Shown: positions 10,337 to 21,807, counted from the stretch's first letter. The stretch: 64,000 nucleotides of DNA from Hyaloraphidium curvatum SAG 235-1 (GCA_025558095.1 JAIVFI010000013.1:558001-622000), one strand, 5' to 3'. A program made the numbers and translations. Notes: generated by a model from the sequence alone, not told the origin.

Positions 10337-12220
10337 TCACGGCAGCTTGGCCTCCAGCGCCCACAGCCGCTGGTACACCTCCGGGAACCGCGGCCGGTCC
10401 TCGGGCTTCTCCTTCCAGCAGTCCCCCATGATGACCCACAGCTCCTCGTTCGCGCCCTCGGGCTTGCTCGGCCGCTTGCCCTCCACCCTCACCAGCTTCA
10501 TGATCTGCACGGGGGGCGGGGTCGTAAGATGCGGCGGGCACGGAACGCGAGGGAGGACCCACCATGGGCTGGTTGCCCCTGGCCTCGTAGAACGGGAAGA
10601 GGCCCTTGCTCACCACCTCGTACGCCACCATCGCGAAGGCGTAGACGTCGGCCGGCGGCTTGAGCGACTGCGTGTACCGCTCGGGCGCCTGGCGGCCAAA
10701 GATGGATCAGCGCCCCGACCACGAACGCCAGCTCCCACCCGAACGAACCATGAAACCGGGAGTCCCGCCCCATCCCTGCCCCGACATCGTCAGCGCCACC
10801 CGATCCCTCAGCCTCGACATGCCAAAATCCGTGATCAGCGCTCTCCCGTCGTCCACCAGTATGTTGTGCCCCTTCAAGTCCCCGTGCAGCACCGGCGTTG
10901 GCAGCGAGTGCAGGTAGGCCATCCCCAGCGCGACCTCCTTGAGGAGCTTCACGCCGATTTTGAGGTCCCAGTTGCGCTTGGAAAGGTACGTGCGGAGGTT
11001 GCCCTCCCGGACGAGCGCCGAGATCATCATGGGAGGGTCCTCGCAGTAGGCCATGAGTGGGAGCACTGCCGGGCCTCAGCCGCCGTGCGAGAGGTTAACA
11101 CCGGCCGTGAGCGACCCACCGTGCCTGTGCCGCAGCTTCTGCCACATCCGCACCTCCTTCTTGAAGTCCGCCCGCGTGCGCTCGTCCACGTTGCCCTTGA
11201 TCACCTTGACCGCAACCTTGTTGGACTTGAACAGCACGCCCCGGTACACCACGCCGAACCCGCCCGCGCCGAGCTTCTGGCTCTCGTCGTAGACCACGTC
11301 GTACGCCTCGATCCGCAGTTCGTCGGGCTCTTCGGAGCGGGGGCCGGAGCCGCCGCTCGCGGAGGTCGGGGGGGTGGCGGGGGAGCTGCCGGCGGCGGCG
11401 GGGGAGCCATGCCGGTCCGGTCGGGGGGGGTCGGGGGAGATGAGCATCACCGGGGGGGAGGCCGGAGGGACGACCACGGGCCGCCGGACGGGCGGCGCGG
11501 GGGGCGGGTAGACGGGTTTGGCGGGGATGGCGGCGGCTTGCGCGGCGGGGGCGTCGTCGGGCCGGGGGCGGAGGTTGGCGGGGGCGGCGACGGGTGGGGG
11601 GATAAATTGCTGCGGGGGGCGGAAGACGGGGGGTTGCAAACGGGGGGCGGGGATCGGGGCCGGCGGGCCGTCGATTGGCGAGAACGGGACCCCGGCGGGG
11701 GTCCCCTGCTGGAGCGGCATGGCGATCGGCGCCGGGACGGGGCCCGCGGCGCCGACGACGGGCGACTGGGGGACTGGGGCCTCATCCGACTTGCGGTCGT
11801 CGATCTTGCGGTGCCCAAAGATCTTGCCCAGGCCGCCAAAGAGCTTGTGGCCGCCGGCGGGCGCGGGCTTGTCTGATCCAGCGTTGCTTCCCCCAAAGAG
11901 GGCGTTCCACTTGGCGGCGACATTGCCCGCGGAAGGGCGGCCCGCGGCGGCGGCGGGAGGAGACGGTGGCCGGGGGATCTCAGGTTGGGGAATGTTGGAG
12001 TACCGGTTCGGCTCGAGGCGCGAAATCTCAGGTTGAGGAATGTTGGAGTACCAGTTCGGCTCGACGCGCGAGTTGAGCTTCTCGAGCAGGTCGGTCGAGC
12101 GCTCGATGAGCGAGTTCCAGCGGTCGAAGAGGGTGTACTCTGAGATGGGCACGTCGAGCGAGGCGATGGACGCCTGGATCTCGCTCAGCTGTCGCCGCAT
12201 GGTATTGAACGACACGTTCT
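10337..12220 (-). CDS. Helical + Pro-rich region followed by a TKL-type kinase; probably the 3' part of the gene starting at 15262, possibly a separate gene
   Basis: LGAGGFGVVYRG, VAVK, HGDLKGHN, DFG, GTPGFM|APE, DVYAFAM. Three GT-AG introns (~11066-11119, ~10689-10747, ~10505-10563). Stop after EAKLP at 10337. Confidence 0.8.
11975..12070. repeat. Two-copy 48-bp tandem repeat encoding EPN(W/R)YSNIPQPEI
   Basis: atctcaggttg(g/a)ggaatgttggagtacc(g/a)gttcggctcga appears twice with a 48-bp period. Confidence 0.85.
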
Positions 12221-12234
12221 GAGTGGTTGATCGA

Positions 12235-15200
12235 TTAGCGATAGGAGGGCAACCGATGGTCTGGACAACCCATGTTCGGGGTCGTGGCCGGCAGCTCGCC
12301 CTCAAGTGCGCCGCGGAGGTCGCTCGGCAGTGACAGTGGCATCGTGGGCGCCTGGTGCATCGCCTGGCGACTGAGCGTGTCGAGGAGGGCATCGAACAAG
12401 TTGATCCGACTCCTGACAGAGGCGAGTTCGCTGTCCTCGACATCCTCGACTGGGGCGAAGACGGGCAACTGGGGCGGCACCACCTCGTTGGACTCGCGCT
12501 CCCCGGCCTTGCGGTGCTCAAAGACGTTGCCCAGACCGCCAAAGAGCTTGTGGCCGCCGGCGCGCGAGGTTTTGGCCTGACCAGCGTTGTTGCCCCAAAA
12601 GAGGGCTTTCGGCTTGGTGACGGAGAAGAGTGCGCCTCCAACGGCATCCTTGACCGGGGAGGAGGCAGGCAGACCATGCGATCGCGGAAGGTGTGCGGAG
12701 AAAACTTCTGATTCGGGCTCCAGTGGAGCCGCCCCGCGGTTGGAAAGCGAGTGATCAAGGAGAAACATCGTCTCCAGCTGGCCCGTTGCAGTTGGATCCC
12801 GCGTATCACGATAGCTTTCAAGCACGGCTTCCTTCACGAATCCAAACACCATCTGATGCGAGTCACGAAGCACCAGACCCCGCGTATCGTACAACCGCGG
12901 TTCGGAGGAGCAGAGCAGCCGTACGACCGACACCGAAGCATCACGGTAGCTGCCACAGGTCCTGTACAGCTCCAGCAAGAGGTCGGTCGCCGTCCACGTT
13001 CTGTGGCTCCCTTCCCATGTTCGTCCGTCCCAGAAAACCATCTCGAGCCGGTACTCCCCAGTGAACAGGTCCTCCATGTACGTTGCTAAGGGATAGCTCT
13101 GCTGAAGCTTCTCCAAATCCTGAAGGTCTTGCGCACGAAGCCGGAACTCCTCGCCCAGCCGGGCCCGCTGCCGGTATTCTTTCGCGTCAGTGGTCTTAGA
13201 ACGAGGATTCTGTGAAGAAGGCGCTCAGAATCATCCTGGGCAAGACTGACCGGGACCAAGTCAACTCACGAGTCGAAACGAGTCCTTCTCCCAGTCAACG
13301 TGACCACGACCGAGATTCACATGCCGTGGCTGCTGAACGAATGCAGGCCCGGTTGGCGGTCCGCCTTGCGGAAACGCAGCCGCAACAGCTGTTCCGGCTA
13401 CAATCCGCTGGTCCACGTCATCAAGAAGCGCGCGCCACGTGAAGCCCTGCTCCTGTCGGTCGAACCGTTTCCAAAGCTGCTCAGCGAGCACGAAAGTGTA
13501 CAGGCACCCGTAAGCCTTCTCCCCGTGCCGAGCGGCGAAGCCGAGGAGCACATTGTCCCTGTCCACGTTGAACGGTCGGTCCTCGGTGCCCACAGATCCG
13601 CGACAGCAATCAAGTAGCACAACGACGAGACCGCGGTGTTCTTTCGGAATCTGCTTAATGATATCGCGCTCCAAGTCCAGCGTGTTGCGGTCGGCCGGCG
13701 GGGTGCCGTCCGTCGCGGGTGACGAGACTCCTTCGAACACGAACCGGCCCTGTCGATCCCCTCCATGTCCAACGAGATGGACAATCGACGTTCCTTGAGC
13801 AGCCCCGAGACTCGAGAGCGCAGGACAAGCAGCAGTCCGGATAGCTGCGGCACTCTGATCGTACGACGGCGATCCATGGAACCCGTAGAAGGACACGAGG
13901 ACCGTCCGCAGCAGATCGACGCTCTCAGAGGCCATCGGCAGGTTCTTGGGATGATCCGTTGGTCCGTAGCCACCGTTCGCAACTTGGAGCACGATGCGGT
14001 CCGCGGCCCGTTCCTCCTTTTCGGGCCGGCCGGTCGCGGCCATCGATAGGCTGCTCACATTCGGTAATGACAGGCTGCCCACATCCGGTGCCAATAAGCT
14101 GCTCACGTCCGGTACAGATCCGCCTTGAGCCAAACTAGACGACGGAGCATTGCCCACGGAAGGCGAAAGCATGTGGGATTGCGGTGCAGGAACTTCAATC
14201 CGGGGTTCCGAGAGCGCGCTCTCCAAGCTTTGGACAATGGCGAAGAAGGAAGGGCGGAGGAAGGATTCCACGTGCGTGCAGGCTGTCATGAGCCGCCACG
14301 CTTGTTGGTCGTCCGAGATTGCGTACGGGGGTCCCGGTGCCAGTGAGCTTCCACTGATGAGGAACTCCACCCGATTCTGCAAGCCGCCGTGTTACGAGAC
14401 GAGGATCTCATATCGAATTGGCCCAAGAGACGTACCACAGGTGGGCGCTCCCCGCAAGCAAGCTCGTAGGCAACCATTCCGAAACTGTACACGTCACCAG
14501 GTTTGTCACGTGGTGCCGGTGGACTCCGTAACGTTTCCGGAGGCAAGTATGAACGAGTTCCCGCGCTCGACCTCCCCGCAAGATCCCGCAGGGTCGAGAG
14601 CCCAAAGTCCGCGACCTTGTAGACGCCATGGTCGACTAGGATGTTGGCGGGCTTCAAATCGCAATGGAGAATGTCATTCGAATGAAGGTAGCGCATGCCC
14701 CGGGCAACCTGGAGCAAGCAGTCCTTGAAACCCGAAATCGGAAAACAATCCGGCCGTCCCGAAGCCCTCAGCTCCCTCAACAAGCGATCCAGGTCCCCGC
14801 CACTGGCCAGCTCCGATACCATCGCAGGGGGATCGTCGCAGTAGCCGTGGAAAATGAGCACTGGAACCCGAGCCCGATGAGCAAGAAGGTGGGCGCGTCG
14901 CACAGCGGGAGCCCACCGTTCCTGTCCCTAAGCTTCTGCCAGACCTCGACCTCGGCTTTCAGTCCTTGCAGAAGCTTCTGTCGGTCAGCTCCAGGCCTTT
15001 GGTGGAGGATCTTCACGGCGACCGGCGTCGCCCGTTTGAGCTTCGCCCTGTACGCGACCCCGAAGGCTCCCTCGCCGAGCTTCACGGGCTGCAGCGTCTC
15101 CAGGTCCGTGTCAAGCTCGACATGGTCACGGAAGGAGAGGAAGAAGTCTGGCCGTTCCACCCGGACGCCGTCTCGAAGCACTGAGCCCGCCGCGGCGGCC

Positions 15201-15262
15201 GGCGGGGGAGGCAACGGCTGCTCGCCCAAAGGGCGCGGATCCTCGCCCGGGCCATCGGCCAT
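12235..15262 (-). CDS. Paralog 2: TKL-type kinase + caspase-like C14 protease + domain X + linker (likely continuing into the 10337-12220 kinase)
   Basis: ATG 15262. Introns 14861-14916, 14377-14435 and 13210-13269 fall at the same positions as in copy 1. Motifs GEGAFG, VAVK, HCDLKPAN, DFG, HLVGHGG, LLDCCRG and YPLATYMEDLFTGEYRLEM. Confidence 0.8.
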
Positions 15263-15613
15263 CGCGACGGTAGCAACCTCCGCGACGGGCTCGGAGCCAC
15301 GGCTCGGGCCCTCAGAGCCCCGGCCGTGAGGAACGGGGCGGCGGGATTGTGGCGGTCTCGACGCGACAGCAGGGTCTCGCCCACGCCGCGCCCAATCTCT
15401 CGCCGCCGACATGGCGACCGCGAGAGCAATTGCAGCTTTGTTTCCAGGCAAGCACCCAAGAAACGCTCAAGGTTGCTCGAACGATCGTTCGTACCTGCAA
15501 CTTGATTGGGCAGCACCTGAACCGCCGGGGTCGTAATCTTGACAGCTACCAAGCCGATTCGGACCGCGATCGGGCATCAAGGAAGACAGGAAAGCCAGGC
15601 ATTTCTGCATCAG

Positions 15614-17383
15614 CTAAGACGGGCACATGCTCTGCACGGTGAACGACACGCCCGCGCCGCGCAGCACGCTCCACAGCGCCACGCCCAGCGTCACCGCCGT
15701 CACCGCCAGCGTCTTTGCGAGGCCCCACGTCACAGGGATACCCAGGAAGGTAGCCCTGAGTCCCTCTGCGGTGCCGAAGGCGGCCAGGAACCCCGCGTGG
15801 GCCTCGAGCTCCGCAGCTGCTTGCGCACGGCGGGGATCGGGCGGCAGCCGCGCGGCCTCGGCCAGCATGCCGCGGATGGAAAAGACGGCGTCGGTGTAGG
15901 TCCTCGAGAGCGCGTCGATCTGCTGGTTGATGGCCGGGAGGTCGGATGTATCCACGACGATGATGTAGAGGGCGACAACGATGTTGAGGATGCACCAGAG
16001 GGTGATGCAGCCGCCAGCAGCCAGGTTCACGGCAATCGCGACAAGCTGCACCACCGGAAAGAAGGAGATGATCAGGCTCATGAAGGTTGGGGGCCCGGCA
16101 AACACCTTGCGCGGGCCTGTGCGCTCCCATTTGGCGCGATAGCCCAGGTGCAGCCGGACGTAGAGTTCGGAGGTGGTGGTTCCAGCCTCGGGGACGCCGC
16201 CACTGGGATCGTCCGAGGTCGCGAAGAGCAAGCGCCGGCGGTAGCGATCGAGCAGGTCCTGGATCGCGCGGAAGCTGGCACGGAGGTAGATGCGGGTCTC
16301 CAGATCTGTCTCGGCGGAGCTGTCCGAACCAAAACGCATGACAATGCCCGACAGGTTGTACACTAGAATGGCGGCGACTTGCGGCCCGGGAAGAATGATG
16401 TCGGTGAATGTGACGATGACCGCCGTTCGCAATCACTCACATAGCAAAACTCCCAGGGCCACGTAGGCTCCCGACGCCCAGAAAAAGGAGCCGTAGTATA
16501 CAAGGGGCGTCCAGCACGAGGCAAACAGGACGAGCACGTTGAACCCGTTCAGCGGAACGGTCCGCAATGTGCGCTCCCAGAAGCTCCAAGCAAGAACTGT
16601 GCGGGAACAGCACGTATGACATGGGCACGCGTCGTCGCCGTCCACGTGGGCCAGTAGCGGCGCCCCTGCTAAAACCGCCTGGCCCCAGCGGTGGAGGCCC
16701 GAGAGCGCGCGCGCCAGGAGCACTTCACGCCTGGGCAAGCCGCGCGTGGCGGCGAGCATAAAGACGTGCATGACGATGCCGGCAGCCATCACCATGGCCA
16801 GTGCGGTCATGCCCGCGGCGAGCTGCGGCGTCCCGAAGGTTCCGCCGCCGAAGGAGAAGACGGCGGCGTTGGCGGCCAACGTGCACGCCGTGCAGGCCGC
16901 AAAGGTCAACAGGAACGTACGAGATGTTCCGATATGCAGCGCCGCCGCTGCGGCGACCGCGTCCACCATGCGGAGCAGTCGAATCTCGCCCAGCGCTGCG
17001 AGGGTCGCGCGAAGTTCGTCCGGCGTCGGCGGCGCGGCGTCCTCCGCGGTCAGCAACTCCTTGGCGTCGTCCGGCTCGTCCGCGAGGGAGATGGGGAAAG
17101 ACGGCCGCGCACTGACGGCCGGCGGCGGCGGCGGGAAGATGGCGGCGAGTTCGACCGCGCTGAACTCCAGCGGTGCCGCGCCGGGGGCGGGCTGTCCGTT
17201 CATGCCCGCCGGGTCACGATCCAGCTCGATCTCCTCTCGATACGAGACGGGAATGCCGGCCGATTTCGGACTCGTGGGCCGAAAGCGTGGAGATTCGTCC
17301 GCCAACGCGTCCCGAAGAGGGGCCGACGGCGGCGCGTCCTGCGGGTGCGGCGGCCCGCCATCGCGGCCCAAACCGCCGGACAT
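15614..17383 (-). CDS. Multi-pass membrane protein, possibly 7TM ion channel (gustatory-receptor-like/DUF3537-like)
   Basis: ATG 17383; intron ~16378-16440 (GTGAGT). About 7 hydrophobic segments and a C-terminal ATFLGIPVTWGLAKTLAVTAVTLGVALWSVL motif. Confidence 0.6.
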
Positions 17384-17758
17384 CGCAGACTGCGTTGCCC
17401 TCAACGGGCGGGAGCGTCACCTCGACCCCGCAGCGGCGCAGTGCGAGGAACGGGGCGGCCGGGGGATTGTTGTCTCGAACGCTGCCTCGGTCTGGACCGC
17501 CTGTACTCACCGGACAACCCCTCAGACTAGGCAGGGTCCTTTCCATCGCGAGAGCACAAGGCATTGCCCGACCTTGCTCCGACGACCTTCCCTCCGGACC
17601 CTGGCCGGACAGCACCTCGAATGAGAACGACCGCCTTGGCCGCACATGAACAACGGACGGGTCGGACGCGCAGCGGCGAGAAAGCCCGGCATCCCTGCAT
17701 CGCCACCCGGGTGGCATTCCTTCCATTCACGTCCCATCCGCTCGCACGTCCGCCCCCG

Positions 17759-18910
17759 TCAGTGCACCGCCATCCCCGCGACCTGCGGCCGCCCCTCCCC
17801 CACGCTCACCTCCACCCTCCCCTCCCTCCCGTCCGCCAAGCCCGCCGGAACGGGACACCCGCACACCGCCCTGTACACCGGCGCCGAGTGCTTCGAACTG
17901 TGGGCGAACCTGCACGCCGGCACCCCCGGTGCGTCCGCGAACCGCGCGAGGAGCTCCTCGCCCGCGTCCGCGTGGATGACCATGCAGAGGGTGCGGGCGC
18001 CGCTGCGGAGGGGGATGGAGAAGACGGCGGTGGCGTTCGGGGCGAGGGGGACGTAGGTCCGCTTCACGTCCGTGCGGCCGAAGTGCAGGGTCGAGTGCGT
18101 GCGGAGCTCGAAGCCAGCGGAGGAGAGCGGGACGAGGTCGGGGGGGCCGAGGTGCGTGAGGGTGAGGCGGCATTCCAGGGGTGCGGGGGGTGAGCCGGGG
18201 CGGAGGGAGCCGGTGATACTGGAGAGGATGCGGGACGCGTCGGGGGGGAGGGGGGGGAGGTCGGGTGGGGGCAGGTCGTCACTTTCCAAGGTTGAAGGAT
18301 CGCGATCGGGATCCGGCGGCCTGGGGGGCACCGGCGAGTCGGGGTCGAGGGAGGCGGCGCGCACGAAGAGGGCGAAGAGGAACTCGGCCATGACGCGGTG
18401 CCCGTGGGCGCTAAAGTGTGCGTCGGTGCCGTTGTCCGCGCACAGGCTGCGCAAGTACGCCGACCGCGTGGCGTTGAGCCCGCGCTCGTCTTTGGTGCCT
18501 TCCATTGAGATCTGGGCGTCGAACGCCGCTCTCACGCCGTGACCGTAGGCCACCGACGGGGCGCCGGCCTGGGCCGCCGATCGGAGCGGCAGCTGCGTCA
18601 GCGTGGAGCCGAGCTCGCTGTCGAACCCCTGGGGATCCCTCAGGAGTTTCGAGGTGGAGACTATAACGTTGATCGCGGCTGTCCACGGATGCGCGCGCGA
18701 CGGAGCCCGCATGAGCGACGCCAGCAGGGCGGCAAAGTCGGATTCGGGCGGTTCGCCGCGGTCGTTGCGGCCGAGGTTCGGCGCGAAGTCCGCGAGCCAG
18801 ACGTCCGGCAGCACGGGCGTCCCGTTGTTGCGCAGCGCCCACGAGCGCTCCAGACAGAGCAGCGGCATCTTGAGCGTGCTCGCGCCCTGGGCGAACCGGG
18901 TCGGGATGAA
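17759..18910 (-). pseudogene. 5'-truncated SGNH-hydrolase-like gene
   Basis: AQGAST (block II-like), DVWLADFAPN (block III-like) and DAHFSAHGH (block V, DxH). No block I or proper ATG; homology stops at ~18910. Confidence 0.55.
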
Positions 18911-19697
18911 GCACCCCAAGTCCGGGATATTATTGCGGACGTGACGGATCTGGGACAGGTGTTCTCCGCGTTCCAGACCTACGCGGGCTTCGCCGAGATC
19001 GACGACGGACAGGGGCCACCGGGGTTTCGACGCCGTTGTCCATTTCGCGGCGAGCGTGCCCCACGGCCCTTTCCCGGTCGACAGCGAATGCTACCGCATC
19101 AACGTCATGGGAACCTTCAACATTCTCGAAGCTGCGGCCAAGAATCGGGTCAGGAAGGTCATCTTTGCCTCCTCCGAGGTCACTTACGGCATCTGCCTCG
19201 TTGACGGCGTCGTGGATCCCAAATGGCTGCCTTTTGAAGAAGACTACCCTATCGATCCGACGGACGCGTACGGCATTTCGAAACGCGTCAGCGAGGTCAC
19301 GGCCGAGGGATATCAGCGCCGCACGGGGGCCGACATCATCGGCCTCCGGATCGGGAACGTCATGACGCCCGAAGACTACGTGCGGTTTCCGGGCTTTGCC
19401 AAGGACCCCGGCAGCCGGCGGCGCCTGGCCTTCTCGTACATCGACGCCCGCGACCTGGGCCAGATCGTGGACCTGTGCCTGCAGCGGACGGGCCACGGCT
19501 ACGAAATATTCAACGCGAGCGCGGACAACAACTCGGTCCCGCAGCCCAATTCCGAGCTGCTGGCGCGGTTCTTTCCCAACGTGAAGCTGCGCCGTCCGGT
19601 GACCGAGGAGGAGGGGCTGCTGTCCAACAGGAAGGCGCGCGAGGTGCTCGGGTTCAAGATGCAGCACAATTGGAAACAGTACGCGGCAGTGGAGTGA
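18910..19697 (+). pseudogene. Bacterial-type NAD-dependent epimerase/dehydratase, 5'-truncated and frameshifted
   Basis: IADVTDLGQVF..., frameshift at ~19024 (ggggttt), then FDAVVHFAA, NVMGTFNILEAA, ASSEVTYG, YGISK (YxxxK) and FSYIDARDLGQ. The N-terminal GxxGxxG motif is absent. No introns. Confidence 0.75.
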
Positions 19698-19989
19698 ATG
19701 CAAGTGTGGATCGAGAGATGTATCATAGTAAACGAATAATCGTCGGCTGCACGCGAGAGGAGTTTGGCAGGACGCGTCGGCGCGCCTCCATCGGTGGAAG
19801 CTTGCCGCGCCGCGTTGTTGTCCAAGCGCGGAGCCAAGAAGGCTTTGAAGGTCAGCGAGATGCTCTTGAGATCTTCTTCTTCTCCGCCGCTTTGGTATCG
19901 ACGCAGGTCCTCGGGCGGCCGATCTCGGGTGCGGACCGAGCCATCGCGAGGGAGCTCCGGGGAAAGATCGACGAACGGATCGGGGACAT

Positions 19990-20125
19990 TGCCGACAGCT
20001 GCGACCGCTGCGGGAAGGAAGCGGCCGATCTGATGCGTTGCTCGGGCTGCAAGGTCGAGCGGTACTGCGGGCCGGGATGCCAGCACGCGGCGTGGGCAGG
20101 GCACAAGGCGGCCTGCAAGGGGTGG
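19990..20125 (+). other. MYND-type zinc-finger coding segment (gene model unclear, possibly a remnant)
   Basis: CDRCGKEAADLMRCSGCKVERYCGPGCQHAAWAGHKAAC. Confidence 0.6.
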
Positions 20126-20265
20126 TCGACCTGTTTGGGAGCATTCCGCAACACTAGACGGCATTTAAGTGGCCCAAAGTTCGCTTGTGATCCGAGGCGC
20201 CCCGAGCTCGTTGCACGGCTCCGACCAGCCACGCGCCCGCCACACTCCAAACACAGGCGTCCAAA

Positions 20266-21807
20266 ATGTTCTCCGCGCTCTCCTCGTGGTACCGCCAGCG
20301 CAATTTCGAGCAGGCCGTGCTCGACTTCCCGCCCGACGCGGCGCCGGCGGCGGTGTCGCGCGTGTCGGCGCTGCTGGCGGCGGATCCGAGCCTCGTGCTG
20401 CACGCGATGCCCGGCCGCTCGGGGCGGCAGGCGCTGGGCTGCGCCGTCGAGGCGGGCGCCGACGCGCTGGTGCGGCTGCTGCTCGGCACCTCCCCCGACG
20501 GCCCGGCCGCGCCCGCGAGGAAGCTGCCGCCGCTGCCCGAACGGCTGGCCGCCGCCGCGGGGGCGCCCCTCCCGCCGACGCCCCAACAAACAACAGCCGA
20601 AATCAAGACGAATCCGCTGCTGACGGCGCAGCTGGCACACCGCGACGCGCTGCACCGCACGCCGCTGGTCATTGGAATCGAGGCAGGCGACCCCGAGATG
20701 GTGGAGATGCTGCTGCGGGCCGGCGGCGTGGGCCAGCTGACGGGCCGCCACGGCATGGACTGGACGCCGCTCATGTGCGGCTACGCGTCGCTGCCGGCCG
20801 TCAGGGCGCTGTTCGAGGTGCTGGAGGACATGACGCGGGCAGGGCTGGGGGCCGACGAGGGCGCCCCCGGCGCGGCGCTTCCCCCGCACACCGATACGCC
20901 TGCCGCTTCCGCCAGCCAGGTCTCGGGAGAGCACACGATCGACGTCGGCAGCACTCCCACGAGCCCGACCGCGCACATCACCCCCGCCCTGCTCCTCTCG
21001 CACACCAACGAGCAGGGCCAGACCCTCCTCCACCTCGCCGCCCTGCACGCCTCGGCCGACCTCGTGCGCTACCTCCTCGGCGAACGCCGTGCCGACCTCG
21101 TCCACGGCTCCTCCCTCGAGGCCGTACTGCGGCAGCGCGACGCCTCGTCCCGCACCCCGCTGATGCTGGCCGCCTCCGGCGCCGGGTACGGCGAGGATGA
21201 CGCGCAGGCCGCCCGCCGCGCCGACGTCGTCCGCACCCTCCTCTCTGCCGCCGCCTCCGGGCTCGCCCCCGACGCTGCCCGCGATGCACTGCGCGCCCTG
21301 CTCCTCGAGGACCGCACCGCCCCTGGCGGCCGCACCGCCCCCATGCTCGCCGCCGAAAACGGCAACACCGAAGCCCTCTCGATGCTCCTCACCTTCCCCG
21401 CCCCGTACGACCCCGACCTCCTCGACGAGCAGCTCCTCGCCTCCGACGCCCAGGGCATGGGCATGCCCTCCCTCGCCCTCGCCGCGCGCCACGCCAAGCC
21501 GTGGCTCCGCGGCCGCGCCGACGCCGTGCTGCAGCTCCTCTCGCAGCTCCGCGGGTCGTCCCCCACTTCGGGCTCCCCGGGCACACCCGTGCTCCCCCCC
21601 GGCGCGGCACGCCCGCCGCTCGCGCCCCTGGTGGTGGCCAACCCCAGCCGCGCGGGACGGCAGGGCGGGACGAGCCTCGAGACGGGGATGCCGGAGATGG
21701 ACGGGAGGGGGAGGAGCGCGAGCCCCGGGGCCGCGGTGGGGGAGGTGCCGGGGGCGCCGGGGCTGAGGAGGAAGGGGAGCAACGGGAGCCGGGTGGGCGA
21801 GGAGTGA
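20266..21807 (+). CDS. Ankyrin-repeat protein
   Basis: HRTPLVIGIEAGDPEMVEMLL, GQTLLHLAALHASADLVRYLL and SRTPLMLAA repeats. Confidence 0.8.
   Translation: MFSALSSWYRQRNFEQAVLDFPPDAAPAAVSRVSALLAADPSLVLHAMPGRSGRQALGCAVEAGADALVRLLLGTSPDGPAAPARKLPPLPERLAAAAGAPLPPTPQQTTAEIKTNPLLTAQLAHRDALHRTPLVIGIEAGDPEMVEMLLRAGGVGQLTGRHGMDWTPLMCGYASLPAVRALFEVLEDMTRAGLGADEGAPGAALPPHTDTPAASASQVSGEHTIDVGSTPTSPTAHITPALLLSHTNEQGQTLLHLAALHASADLVRYLLGERRADLVHGSSLEAVLRQRDASSRTPLMLAASGAGYGEDDAQAARRADVVRTLLSAAASGLAPDAARDALRALLLEDRTAPGGRTAPMLAAENGNTEALSMLLTFPAPYDPDLLDEQLLASDAQGMGMPSLALAARHAKPWLRGRADAVLQLLSQLRGSSPTSGSPGTPVLPPGAARPPLAPLVVANPSRAGRQGGTSLETGMPEMDGRGRSASPGAAVGEVPGAPGLRRKGSNGSRVGEE

Noticed and set aside
12060-12440. 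BAG-like three-helix bundle in the linker of paralog 2
   Set aside because: The helical pattern is suggestive only, key residues are not recognisable and the exon junction is unresolved.
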